A DNA stretch of 64,000 nt from an uncultured Candidatus Saccharibacteria bacterium. GTDB taxonomy: Bacteria; Patescibacteriota; JAUYIX01; CAYNWW01. Positions 8,291 to 18,081 of the stretch are shown piece by piece. The notes below the pieces were generated by a model. It worked only from the letters and a program-made list of their open reading frames with translations, had not been told where the DNA came from and made no database searches. How positions within the stretch are numbered: position 1 is the first letter of the stretch; the number at the start of each line of letters is the position of its first letter. Where the stretch lies: NCBI GenBank assembly GCA_964401055.1, contig CAYNWW010000004.1, forward strand, positions 13,390 through 77,389, given 5' to 3'. The translations under genes and the position numbers were made by a program.

Positions 8291-9399
8291 TGGATATGAA
8301 ATTATCTTGCACACAGGAAAACTTAAATAGAGGATTATCAATTGTTGGACGGACGGTAAGCTCAGACAATGCATTACCGGTGTTGAGCAATGTGTTGTTG
8401 CGCGCAGAAAAGGGTCGATTGCAATTGTCAGCGACGGATTTGGAAATCGGCGTGGTGTGCGTGATCGGTTGTCGGATTGATGAAGATGGCGCGATTACAG
8501 TGCCGGCCCGTTTGTTAACTGAATACGTGAGTTCGCTGCCGGAAGGCACGATTGAAATCGAGCTGAAAAAGCAAGACCTGCATTTGTCGCTCGGCGAATA
8601 CAAAGCGACTATCAAGGGCGTGGATGCGGAGGAATTCCCGTTGATCCCCAAAATCGCAGAAGAGCCGGTGATGGAAATCGAAGCGCCGCAGTTGCGTGAT
8701 GCGATTGGCAAAGTGGTGTTTGCTACGACTGCTGACGAATCCCGACCGGAAATCGCGGGCGTATTTATGCGCGAAAAAGACGGCGCGCTCTACGTGGTCG
8801 CAACCGATAGCTATCGTTTGGCGGAAAAACGCGTCGATGGCGTGACCATGTTGAAAAAAGCGCACGATATTATTATTCCGGCAAAAACGCTGCAAGAAGT
8901 CTATCGGATTTTGGACGGGGTGACGGAAAAAGTGCGGATTTCGCTGTCGGAAAACCAGATTTTGTTTACCACGACCGAGATCGAGCTGATTTCGCGCTTG
9001 ATCGAAGGCCAATATCCGGATTATGAGCAGATCATGCCGCGCAAGCATGAGACTGAAATCACGCTCGATGGCCGCGAATTTTTGAAAACCATCAAGATCA
9101 CCAGTTTGTTTTCCCGCTCAGGTGCCAACGATATCAAGTTTGAATTCGATCCAGAGACCGACGAAATGGTGCTGCTCGCGGTGTCTGATCAGGTGGGCGA
9201 GAATATTTCTCGTTTCAAAGTGAAAACCACCGGCTCAAAAGGTAGCATCGTGTTCAGCTATCGCTATTTGATTGACTGCATCAACAACATGCGGGGCGGC
9301 GCGATTATGCTCGAAATTGGTGCCGACAACGCGCCGACCCTGATGAAGGTCGCGGGCACGGATGATTATCGCTATATTATTATGCCGATCAAGCAGTAA
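8290..9399 (+). CDS. dnaN: DNA polymerase III beta sliding clamp DnaN
   Basis: Typical N-terminus (LSCTQENLNRGLSIVGRTVSSDNALPVLSNVLLRAEKGRLQLSATDLEIG) and a three-domain length. GTG at 8290 or ATG at 8296. Confidence 0.9.
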   Translation: MDMKLSCTQENLNRGLSIVGRTVSSDNALPVLSNVLLRAEKGRLQLSATDLEIGVVCVIGCRIDEDGAITVPARLLTEYVSSLPEGTIEIELKKQDLHLSLGEYKATIKGVDAEEFPLIPKIAEEPVMEIEAPQLRDAIGKVVFATTADESRPEIAGVFMREKDGALYVVATDSYRLAEKRVDGVTMLKKAHDIIIPAKTLQEVYRILDGVTEKVRISLSENQILFTTTEIELISRLIEGQYPDYEQIMPRKHETEITLDGREFLKTIKITSLFSRSGANDIKFEFDPETDEMVLLAVSDQVGENISRFKVKTTGSKGSIVFSYRYLIDCINNMRGGAIMLEIGADNAPTLMKVAGTDDYRYIIMPIKQ

Positions 9400-9450
9400 C
9401 GCGGTGCGTGACGCCGACGTGGCGCGCGTTTGGGGTGCATAACTCTGTGT

Positions 9451-9480
9451 AAAAATACCTCATGATGGGGGTATTTTTTT
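9451..9480. terminator. Bidirectional rho-independent terminator between convergent dnaN and the phosphatase gene
   Basis: AAAAATACC, 9-nt loop, GGTATTTTT: a 9-bp perfect stem flanked by an A-run and a T-run. Confidence 0.5.
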
Positions 9481-9507
9481 ATCCCCACGTTGAGCGGCTT
9501 TTCCCCA

Positions 9508-10143
9508 TCAGCTGTGGGTAAACTGCTCATTTTTAATGAGATGTTTGGTCGAATTAAGCACGAGTGGAATCACCGTGCGATCCGCCGCAATATCCAATAT
9601 TGTGATCGCGGTGTTGTCGGGTTTGAATTGGTCATACGTGTCGCGCGTGATTTGTTTTTGTAACAATGTGAGCAAAAGCACGGTGATCACGCCGGCGTGA
9701 CTGAGAAGTAGGACGGAATCGTGGGATGCAAGATGGGTAGAAAATAGGCGAGATACAAACGGCGTGATGCGTGCCTGTAAATCCGCATAGGACTCGCCGC
9801 CTTCGGGGCGAAAAAGATGAAATGGCTCGGGAGACTGCTGCATGGCTTCTTTCCATGTCGCGCTTGGACCGCCTTCGTAGACGCCGAGATTGCGTTCTTG
9901 CAACAGCGGCTCGAACGTCACTGGCGTATCGCGGTGAAAGTGCGCGACTGTGCGCGTAGTGTCTGCGGCGCGTTGCAAGTCGCTTGAATAGATATGATCC
10001 AGGTGTTCGGATGCGAGTTGGCGTGCAAGCTGGCGCGCTTGGGCGAGGCCGGCATCGTTGAGATCGCCGCCGATTTTTTGCCCCATGCTGATTTTTGCGG
10101 CGTTTTGGTGCGTTTCGCCGTGACGCGTGATGATGAGTCTCAT
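9508..10143 (-). CDS. Histidine phosphatase family protein (phosphoglycerate-mutase-like)
   Basis: RHGE catalytic motif (MRLIITRHGETHQN...SSDLQRAADT). Start taken at MRLIIT (10143). Confidence 0.7.
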   Translation of the reverse strand: MRLIITRHGETHQNAAKISMGQKIGGDLNDAGLAQARQLARQLASEHLDHIYSSDLQRAADTTRTVAHFHRDTPVTFEPLLQERNLGVYEGGPSATWKEAMQQSPEPFHLFRPEGGESYADLQARITPFVSRLFSTHLASHDSVLLLSHAGVITVLLLTLLQKQITRDTYDQFKPDNTAITILDIAADRTVIPLVLNSTKHLIKNEQFTHS

Positions 10144-10189
10144 GAGTAGAGAATAACATGCCGCCCCGTGTTCATGGTAAAATAGGTGT

Positions 10190-11395
10190 ATGTTCCTCAC
10201 CTCTCTTGCCGCGCGCAATTTTCGTAATTATGCCGAGCTGGCGCTTGATTTTCATCAAGGGCCGGTCGTGTTTGTTGGGCGGAATTCGAGCGGGAAGACC
10301 AATGTGCTCGAGGCGATCAATCTGCTGAGTTTGGGGAAGTCGTTTCGCAAAGTGCCGGATAGCGAGTTGATTCGCTGGGGCGAAGACGGCGTGCAGGTGC
10401 GGGCGGAATTTGAGCGCGCGGATGAGAAGTTGGAGTTGGAGATGCGTGGTGCACGCACGGCGATTGCGGGTTCTGAGGGCGCGGGCGCTGCCGCGTTGAA
10501 AAAAGTATTTTTACTCAATGGTGCGCCGGCGCCGCTGGTAACTTTTCTGGGAAGCGTGATTGCGGTGGTATTTTCGCCGCAAGATGTGGAGCTGCTGAGC
10601 GCACCACCGGCTCTCCGAAGGCGTTTCCTTGACATGGTACTTTGCAAAACGTCGCGCGAATATTGCACGGCCGTGATTGAGTATCCAAAAATTCTTGCGC
10701 GGCGCAACAAGCTGCTTGCGTTTATTCGTGACGGACTTGCGCAAGAAGACGAGTTGGCGTTTTGGGATGAACGCGCGGCCGCGGCGGCTGCATGCATTGT
10801 CTCGGAGCGCGCAGAATTTATCGCGTGGATCAACGAGCGGATTTCGGATTTGTATATGCGTCTCGCCGATAATTCTATGCAGAAGAAAAAAATCGCCGTG
10901 CAATATCGTGCGCCGATTGATCTGAGCGCGTCGACGTCGCAAGATTTTACACAAGGATGCGCGGCGCGTGAATTCATCGCTCAAGCGATCCTCGCGCGAA
11001 TGCAACGCGATAGAAAGCGCGACGTCATCTTCGCAAGCACGCGCACCGGTCCGCATCGTGATGACGTGGTGGTGACGAGCGACGATCATGAGATCGCTAA
11101 TGTGGGTTCGCGCGGTGATCAGCGCGTGGCGGTGCTTGCGCTCAAGTTGTTGCAAAAAGAATTTCTTGCGCAACGCACCGAGACTTCGCCTGTGCTCCTG
11201 CTCGATGATGTATACTCGGAGTTGGATACTTTTCGCTGCACCGCACTCGCCGAGATGATGCAAGATTCCCAAGTGTTTATTACCACCACAAGCGCCAAGC
11301 TTGTTCCGCGCGAATTTCGCTCGGGCGCACAAATTTTTACTATCAAAGAAGGAGTTGCGAGCCATGCGTCCACCTCTGCAACCGCGAAAATATAG
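10190..11395 (+). CDS. recF: DNA replication and repair protein RecF
   Basis: SMC-like Walker A (GRNSSGKTNVLEAINLLSLGKSFR) and a C-terminal signature/Walker B (VLLLDDVYSELD). Confidence 0.9.
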   Translation: MFLTSLAARNFRNYAELALDFHQGPVVFVGRNSSGKTNVLEAINLLSLGKSFRKVPDSELIRWGEDGVQVRAEFERADEKLELEMRGARTAIAGSEGAGAAALKKVFLLNGAPAPLVTFLGSVIAVVFSPQDVELLSAPPALRRRFLDMVLCKTSREYCTAVIEYPKILARRNKLLAFIRDGLAQEDELAFWDERAAAAAACIVSERAEFIAWINERISDLYMRLADNSMQKKKIAVQYRAPIDLSASTSQDFTQGCAAREFIAQAILARMQRDRKRDVIFASTRTGPHRDDVVVTSDDHEIANVGSRGDQRVAVLALKLLQKEFLAQRTETSPVLLLDDVYSELDTFRCTALAEMMQDSQVFITTTSAKLVPREFRSGAQIFTIKEGVASHASTSATAKI

Positions 11396-11870
11396 CCCGC
11401 AGCCGCGAGTTCCGCGCATTGGCGGCGGCGGAAATGGAGACCTGCGCTCGCTTGGCGACGTGCTCGGTCAGCGGATTGGTTTGAGTCGGGCGGCTTCGCC
11501 GCTTGCGGCATTTGGCATTGGCAATGAAGCCCAAGCCGCATTTGTGTGCGCACAATACAATCAACTCCTCCGCGAGACCTGTGGTGCGCGCTTTGCTGAT
11601 CATGCGCGCGCAGTCACCTATCGCGTGCGGGAGCATGATCTGGTGGTGGAGGTGATGGGCGGCACCATCTGGGCGACCGAACTGCGGTTGCGCGAAACGG
11701 CAGTGCTCGAAGCGTATCATCGGAAACATACCGCGAGTGGGTTGCGCATCGCGCGTGTGCGGTATGTGGCGGCGCGGCCAGAAGAGCAAGAAATCGAACC
11801 ACCGGCACCGACGGTGGCGGAACAACAGGCAGAAGAACATGAACAGCTGCCCGCAGATATGTTAGAATAA
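11364..11870 (+). CDS. DUF721/DciA-like protein (the usual gene after recF); start at internal ATG 11364
   Basis: Position after recF, size, and an AAGGAG SD 10 nt upstream of the ATG at 11364. Overlaps the recF 3' end by 32 nt. Family call by context and weak similarity only. Confidence 0.4.
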   Translation: MRPPLQPRKYSPQPRVPRIGGGGNGDLRSLGDVLGQRIGLSRAASPLAAFGIGNEAQAAFVCAQYNQLLRETCGARFADHARAVTYRVREHDLVVEVMGGTIWATELRLRETAVLEAYHRKHTASGLRIARVRYVAARPEEQEIEPPAPTVAEQQAEEHEQLPADMLE

Positions 11871-11877
11871 TAATATT

Positions 11878-13353
11878 ATGTCAGAACGACCCGGCGCCGG
11901 AGATTTTTCAGAAAAAAATTTTTCTCCGGATGCGAAAAAAAATACACAAGAAAAAAATCCGGAGCGCTTTGAGCGGCGCGAAGAATTCGGCCGCGTTGTG
12001 GCGGTGTCCCGGACCGAAAGGGGCGCGTATCATGCAGAGCGCCAAACTGGCAATGAGGACGCGATCCACGTCGACGCGCGTATTGGTTTTGCCGCGGTAT
12101 ATGACGGGATGGGCGGCCACGGGCATGGCGGCGAGGCGTCTTTTGAGGCAAACCAACTTACAAAAAAATCCTTGTTGCGATTTTTGCGGCCGCAGGCATT
12201 TTCTCCTGAAGAAATTGGCCACGAACTCGAGAGTATGATCAAGTCGGCAAATAGTCATCTCAATAAGCGAAGGAAAGAATTGAACTACGCCGATGACGCT
12301 CTTCGATCCACGGCGGTGCTGGCGAAATTGTGGCAAAGTCCTGAAGGCGCCTACAAAGCAATCGTCGCTTATGCTGGTGATAGTCGCGCATATGTCAGAA
12401 AGAAATCGGGCGAGACAATTCTTGTCACTGCCGACCATTTGGGCATTCGTTCGGCGATTGACGACATGCTGAGCGACAATAAGGTCGCGCAAAAAATATC
12501 AGATTCGGATTATCTTAAAGTTTTATTATATCTTGATCGCCTGGAGCGTCCGGAAAAAATGGAAAAAATCGCGCTTGGGCATTTGAACCTGAGTCCAGGC
12601 GTGGAAAAACATCGCGTAAGCATTGAAAAAATGCTGCCGCTCGCATTGCGGTTTGTGGGCGGACCCAATAAGGGTTTGGGACTTGCGCCGGAGATCGAGC
12701 CGGACGTTCGGATTGTTGATTTGGAGCCGGGAGATGTGCTTATGCTTGCCACTGATGGGGTGTATAAACCACTCGCACCTGAAGAATTAGGTGACGCGCT
12801 TGGAACTCAGGTTGATACGCAAGCTGTGTATGATCGGATTCGAGGCAAGACAAAAGACGACGCAACGATTGGCGTGTTGGCTGTGCGCTCACCGGAGACA
12901 CTTGCAACGCCAGCGAAAAAATCAATCGACTCGGCGCGGCCGTCGCAAGGTATAGTTGGGAAAAGAGGACCGCTTGATCTGGGTGGAATTCGTCAACAAG
13001 TGGATCAAATGCGGATGCGCGAATTGCCGCTATTGCAGCGAGAGCGGAAATTTGAGCAGCAGCCCGAAAAAAACTATTGGCTGGACATGGATTTGGCGTA
13101 TCTTGTTCGCCGATATCCAGGCGAGAAAAATCTTGCAAAGCGCGTTGAGGATTTTCGCGAGTCGGTGTTGTCGCGTTCAAAAATTCACGACGCAAACGAG
13201 ATCGTACCTGAGCATCCGGATCGCGATGAGGTCAATGAGTATGTGCGTGATGGTCAGATGCCGTATGAGGTGGTGTGGGATATTATTCAGCAAGATTTGG
13301 ATAACGAGCGCAAGCTACAGAAATACTTGCGCAGGATAAAAAGAGAGGGTTAG
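11878..13353 (+). CDS. PP2C-family Ser/Thr protein phosphatase with a roughly 190-aa uncharacterised C-terminal extension
   Basis: PP2C motifs NEDAIHVDARIGFAAVYDGMGGHGHGGEAS, AYAGDSRAYV and LMLATDGV. The C-terminal region has no recognisable domain. Confidence 0.7.
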   Translation: MSERPGAGDFSEKNFSPDAKKNTQEKNPERFERREEFGRVVAVSRTERGAYHAERQTGNEDAIHVDARIGFAAVYDGMGGHGHGGEASFEANQLTKKSLLRFLRPQAFSPEEIGHELESMIKSANSHLNKRRKELNYADDALRSTAVLAKLWQSPEGAYKAIVAYAGDSRAYVRKKSGETILVTADHLGIRSAIDDMLSDNKVAQKISDSDYLKVLLYLDRLERPEKMEKIALGHLNLSPGVEKHRVSIEKMLPLALRFVGGPNKGLGLAPEIEPDVRIVDLEPGDVLMLATDGVYKPLAPEELGDALGTQVDTQAVYDRIRGKTKDDATIGVLAVRSPETLATPAKKSIDSARPSQGIVGKRGPLDLGGIRQQVDQMRMRELPLLQRERKFEQQPEKNYWLDMDLAYLVRRYPGEKNLAKRVEDFRESVLSRSKIHDANEIVPEHPDRDEVNEYVRDGQMPYEVVWDIIQQDLDNERKLQKYLRRIKREG

Positions 13354-13367
13354 TAGTGCCGAGCAGC

Positions 13368-13832
13368 CTACGCCACTTGGCATTGTGCGCATAGCAGCTT
13401 CATCGGCTGCGCCAGCAGCAGTTCTTCCGCGATCACTTCCCGCAGGTTGATTGTCTGATCAGCGTCCGCGCTCGTGGCCTCGATAAGGAGTGATCCCTCC
13501 GCTTCGTCTTCAACCGTGTCCCAATTCACCGGTCGCACGCAGGCGCGTTGTGTTTCGATATCGGCGTGTCCTTGGCCGCGTTGGCCGCACGAGTCGCAGG
13601 TAAATTCGTAAGTAATGGTTGCTTCGAGGCTGAGCTCGAGATCGCGCGGTGCGCGAGTAAGCTGGAGTGCCAGGTGTGTGTCACCGTATGGGGAGATGCG
13701 AAGAGCTTCGCTGCCCATCAGGACGCGCTCATCAAGGACGACGCGTACATCTGCCTCTTGTATGGCGCCGAGTTCACGCGCCAAGATTGATTTGACGGAA
13801 AAATGAAGCGAGTCAGTGGGTGTGTGAGGCAT
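13368..13832 (-). CDS. YceD/DUF177-family protein (ribosomal-large-subunit-accumulation-like)
   Basis: Size and two Cys pairs (CDSCGQRGQ ... CAQCQ) typical of DUF177. Tentative. Confidence 0.45.
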   Translation of the reverse strand: MPHTPTDSLHFSVKSILARELGAIQEADVRVVLDERVLMGSEALRISPYGDTHLALQLTRAPRDLELSLEATITYEFTCDSCGQRGQGHADIETQRACVRPVNWDTVEDEAEGSLLIEATSADADQTINLREVIAEELLLAQPMKLLCAQCQVA

Positions 13833-16747
13833 TATTGGACAATCAGTGTGGTGGTGTTGCTTCGATATACGGTACCGTCAGTTTCGGTTGCTGTTGCGTA
13901 CATGCCATATGAGCCTGGCACTAGGGGTGCCGTCCATGTCGCGCTGTAGCGCCCATCAGCACTTGGGGTAGTGACGCTGCCGATTGCAGTTGAGTTGCCT
14001 GTCGCGGCATCTGTGTAAAAGAAGGTGATGCTGCCAAATGCCGTCATGTTACTAATGATCGCACTTGTGGTATATGCGGTACCCGGCGCGACAGTATCCG
14101 TGCCGCCGGGCGCAGTCATGCTCACTGTCGGACTTGCATGCGCAATGTTGAGCTTGACCGTGATCGTAGTATCACCGATATTTTGCGCAAGATCGGTTAC
14201 GCGCACGCGCAATTTGTGAAATCCATTGCTTGCCGCACTCGCGTCATATGTTGCTGCATACGGCCCCGTCTTATCTGTTGCAAAAATAGTGCTGTCAAAG
14301 AAAAACTCTGCTTTTTGGATGCCGAGAGGCGCTTTGATTGTGGCAATCACCGGAATAGAAGCGTCCGTTATTGTTGTGCCGTCGGCCGGTGCTGTAATGG
14401 TTACAATTGGCCAGTTTTCTTTATTATGATCGGTATCGGTTTCAGTTGGAGCTTGATCCACGGTCTGACCATTTTTCTGAGCCCAAGCAATGACGGGAGT
14501 TTCAAAATTTTTAAACAATGGATCTTTTTCCGGATGTTGTGGCGGCGGACCGCTCAGGTTGGAACGGTCGATATAAAACAGTTCACCATGTACTTCTTTG
14601 TACGTTTTGGTCACCAATAAATCCGGCGGACAGGCAGCGGTTGCAAGTTTCATGGATGGACGGCAGAGCTTGATTTCTTTATCAGGAAGCTGCGCTCCGG
14701 CGACATAGGGATTTGATTTTGATGTCATTGGCGTTGCTTTGGCAAACTGTTCAACCGGCATATCTTTAAGTACGTCTTCCATAAACTGGCGCCAGATAGG
14801 CGCGGCCACAATTGAGCCGTCTGCGCCTGTGCGCATTTTTGTGCCGTTTGTATTGCCCGCCCAGACGCCGGCAGAAAGATTGGGTGCAAAGCCGACCGTC
14901 CATGCATCTTTGAAATCATTGGTGGTGCCGGTTTTGACTGCTGCCGGGCGCGACAATTTTAGTGCACTGTTGGAGCCAAATGTGGGTGCGCGTAACGAGT
15001 TGTCTGACAAAATCGAGTTGATGGTATTGGCGACATTGGCGTCGAGGACTTGATCAAACTTAGTTGGATCGTGTTGCTCGAGCACTTTACCTTTGGCATC
15101 AACTACCTTTAGAATGCCCGTTTTTTGTACTTTTTTGCCCTGGTTTGCAAATACACCAAATGCGCCGACGTGATCGACGAGTTTGACCGGCGAGGCGCCG
15201 ATTGCGGTTGATAACCCATAAGTAGCCCCTTCTTTGAGCTCTTCGTTGCCCATAGCACGCGCAGTCGCGGCCGCATTTTCCGGTCCGACGAGATAGCCGA
15301 CTTTGACCGCAGGGATGTTGAGCGACATCGGGAGAGCTTGCTTGAGTTTGAGCGGGCCATGCTGGGATTTGTCGTAGTTGTACGGCTTGTATCCATGACC
15401 AAAATCTGTGTCCAAATCATACACAATGGTATCCGGCGTCAGGCCTTTTGCGAATGCGGTGGCATAAACGTACGGTTTAAACGATGATCCGGGCTGGAGC
15501 GGTCGCGCAGCTGCGTTGACGTTGCCTTGTGCTTTGGTATTAAAATAGTCCACCGAGCCAACCATAGCGAGGATTTCGCCGGTTTTTGGGTCCACGGCTG
15601 CAAGTGCAGCATTGTCCCCGCCGTGTTTTTTTACCTTGTCGATATTGTCCGAAATCGCCTTTTCCGCTTTGAGTTGGATGTTGTAATCAAGAGTGGAAAT
15701 GATTTTCAGTCCATCTTGTTCCAGCGTTTTACTACCATAGGTGTCCTCAAGCTGCTCTCTGAGATAAAACACAAAGTGTGGTGCGATGATGCCGGCATCG
15801 TTGCGGTCGGAATAGTGCAATTCTTCCGCGCGTGCGGTTTCGGCTTGGTCGTGTGTGATGTATTTTTGCTCCTCCAGTCGGTCGATGACTGATTGTTGGC
15901 GCGCTTTGAGGTCGTCGGTGTGCGTGCCGTAGGGAGAATAATACGTTGGCGCATTGGGTAGCGAGGCGAGCAGTGCGGCTTCGGCCACGGTCAAATCTTT
16001 TGGCTGCTTATTGAAAAATGTTTCCGCCGCGGCTTGGAGGCCGTATGCGTTGGAGCCGTAGGGGATTTCATTCAAGTACAGCTCAAGTATTTGATCTTTG
16101 GAGAATTTGCGCTCAATTTCTAGCGCCAGAATGATTTCTTTGATTTTGCGGTCATAGCTTTTTTCTGAGGTGAGGATGGATTTTTTGACTAACTGTTGTG
16201 TGATCGTCGATCCACCTTGCGCTTTGCGGTGCTGGATGACATCGACATAGACCGATCGTGCGATGCCGATGAGTGAGATGCCTTTGTGGGTGTAAAAATC
16301 TTTGTCTTCAATGGCAACGCTCGCATTTTTCACATAAGACGGAAGGTCTTTGATGCTGATGCGGGTGCGATTTTGGTCACCGTGAATTTCGTACAGGACG
16401 ATTTTGCCGGTTCGGTCGTAGATTTTGGTGGTTTCGGCGACGTGACGGTCGATGAGTTTTTGCGGGTCAGGCAGGTCTTTGACATAATACGCAAATGCCA
16501 CGCCGGCACCGATAATGCCCGTGAGAAACAGGATTGCCGCAATGACCGCGATGATTTTCCAGATGTTGCGACGGCGTTCTTTTTTGGATTTTTTTGGCTT
16601 TGCGGTGGTTTCTGGCCCGCTTTTCTCGAGTTCTTTTTCAGGTGCCTCCTTGGACTTGGACGACGATCGCGGGGAAGTCGACTTTGGCATAGGTGTGAGT
16701 ACGAAAAAAGATGAGAAAATAACTTGTGAACGCTCGCCGCCGCGCAC
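13832..16747 (-). CDS. Class A penicillin-binding protein (PBP1A: transglycosylase + transpeptidase) with a roughly 300-aa C-terminal Ig-like extension
   Basis: N-terminal TM. GT51 motifs (GGSTITQQLVKK). Transpeptidase motifs (PGSSFKP = SxxK; KTGTTND = KTG). Thr/Ala-rich beta-sandwich-like C-terminus. Confidence 0.85.
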   Translation of the reverse strand: MRGGERSQVIFSSFFVLTPMPKSTSPRSSSKSKEAPEKELEKSGPETTAKPKKSKKERRRNIWKIIAVIAAILFLTGIIGAGVAFAYYVKDLPDPQKLIDRHVAETTKIYDRTGKIVLYEIHGDQNRTRISIKDLPSYVKNASVAIEDKDFYTHKGISLIGIARSVYVDVIQHRKAQGGSTITQQLVKKSILTSEKSYDRKIKEIILALEIERKFSKDQILELYLNEIPYGSNAYGLQAAAETFFNKQPKDLTVAEAALLASLPNAPTYYSPYGTHTDDLKARQQSVIDRLEEQKYITHDQAETARAEELHYSDRNDAGIIAPHFVFYLREQLEDTYGSKTLEQDGLKIISTLDYNIQLKAEKAISDNIDKVKKHGGDNAALAAVDPKTGEILAMVGSVDYFNTKAQGNVNAAARPLQPGSSFKPYVYATAFAKGLTPDTIVYDLDTDFGHGYKPYNYDKSQHGPLKLKQALPMSLNIPAVKVGYLVGPENAAATARAMGNEELKEGATYGLSTAIGASPVKLVDHVGAFGVFANQGKKVQKTGILKVVDAKGKVLEQHDPTKFDQVLDANVANTINSILSDNSLRAPTFGSNSALKLSRPAAVKTGTTNDFKDAWTVGFAPNLSAGVWAGNTNGTKMRTGADGSIVAAPIWRQFMEDVLKDMPVEQFAKATPMTSKSNPYVAGAQLPDKEIKLCRPSMKLATAACPPDLLVTKTYKEVHGELFYIDRSNLSGPPPQHPEKDPLFKNFETPVIAWAQKNGQTVDQAPTETDTDHNKENWPIVTITAPADGTTITDASIPVIATIKAPLGIQKAEFFFDSTIFATDKTGPYAATYDASAASNGFHKLRVRVTDLAQNIGDTTITVKLNIAHASPTVSMTAPGGTDTVAPGTAYTTSAIISNMTAFGSITFFYTDAATGNSTAIGSVTTPSADGRYSATWTAPLVPGSYGMYATATETDGTVYRSNTTTLIVQ

Positions 16748-16856
16748 ATCTTTTCGCTTATTTCAGCAAAAAAAGAGCCGCTTTTGGTAGCTCTATGGTA
16801 GCACGGCGCGTGGTTTTTTTCAAGGAAATGTTTGCCTCGGTTGGGCGGGGTCTGCT

Positions 16857-18077
16857 ATGCTAAATTATATGAAAAATTCTGCACAAGAACAGGCAATTCG
16901 CGAATTATTGACGCGTGGCGTCGAGCAAGTCGTGCCGATGGGTGAGCTGGAAAAGCGTTTGGTGAGCGGCAGTGACGGCCGTCCGTTGCGCATTAAGCAC
17001 GGCGTGGATCCGACCGGGCCGCGGTTGCATATTGGTCGCGCGATCACGCTGTGGAAGCTGCGCGCATTTCAGGAGCTCGGGCACCAGATCGTCTTGATCG
17101 TGGGGGATTTTACCGCCACGATTGGCGACGCGTCGGACAAGCAAGCCATGCGCCAGCCGTTGACCCATGCGCAAGTCGAGGAAAATATGCGCGCGTACCG
17201 CGAGCAATTTGGCAAAATCCTCGATATGTCGCGCGTTGAATTTCGCTACAACAGCGAATGGTTGGCGCCGCTGGGGTTTGCAAAATTGGTAGAATTGACG
17301 CAGCTGTTTACGGTGGCGCAACTGGTGGAGCGGGAAAATTTTTGGCAGCGGTTTCAGGAAAAAAAGCCGATTGGCTTGCACGAATTTTTGTACCCGCTCA
17401 TGCAGGGTTATGATTCGGTGGCGATTAAGGCGGATGTGGAGATTGGCGGGACGGATCAGCTGTTCAACATGATGGCCGGTCGCAAGCTGCAAGAAGCGCA
17501 TGGGATGCCCGCGCAAGACGTGATGACGGTGCAAATGCTGAGCGGACTTGATGGTCGCAAAATGAGCACGAGCTGGGGAAATTGTACGTATATCATGGAT
17601 TCGCCGACGGAAAAATTTGGAAAAATCATGTCGATGCGCGACGAGTCGATTGTCGAATATTTTACGCTGGCGACTGATGTGTCGGCCGCACGAGTTGCTG
17701 ATGTGAAGGCGGCGCTTGCAGGCGGTGGCGTGAATCCGCGCGATCTTAAGGCTGATCTTGCGTGGGAAGTGGTGCGTCGATATGATGGCGCTTCCGCGGC
17801 TGATGCGGCTCGTGCCGAGTTTGAACAAGTTTTTTCACGCGGGGGCGTGCCCGATGATGTGACTGTGGTTACTCTTGGTGTTGGCGTGATCGGCGTGATC
17901 GATATGCTCGTGGCGACCGATCTCGCGCCGAGTCGCGGTGAAGCTAAGCGATTGGTAATACAAGGCGCGGTGAGCGTAGATGATGCGGTGGTGACGGATA
18001 TCGGCGCGCATGTGGAATTGGCAAGCGAGCGCTTGGTCAAAGTGGGTAAACGACGATTTATCAAAATAAAAAAATAA
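16857..18077 (+). CDS. tyrS: Tyrosine--tRNA ligase
   Basis: HIGH-region variant (GVDPTGPRLHIGRAI), KMSKS variant (KMSTSWGN) and a C-terminal S4 domain. Confidence 0.9.
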   Translation: MLNYMKNSAQEQAIRELLTRGVEQVVPMGELEKRLVSGSDGRPLRIKHGVDPTGPRLHIGRAITLWKLRAFQELGHQIVLIVGDFTATIGDASDKQAMRQPLTHAQVEENMRAYREQFGKILDMSRVEFRYNSEWLAPLGFAKLVELTQLFTVAQLVERENFWQRFQEKKPIGLHEFLYPLMQGYDSVAIKADVEIGGTDQLFNMMAGRKLQEAHGMPAQDVMTVQMLSGLDGRKMSTSWGNCTYIMDSPTEKFGKIMSMRDESIVEYFTLATDVSAARVADVKAALAGGGVNPRDLKADLAWEVVRRYDGASAADAARAEFEQVFSRGGVPDDVTVVTLGVGVIGVIDMLVATDLAPSRGEAKRLVIQGAVSVDDAVVTDIGAHVELASERLVKVGKRRFIKIKK

Positions 18078-18081
18078 GAGT

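Noticed and set aside
10511-11419. 302-aa minus-strand ORF antisense to recF, and the 10255..10977 (-) ORF
   Set aside because: Shadow ORFs of recF. No motifs and Arg-rich.
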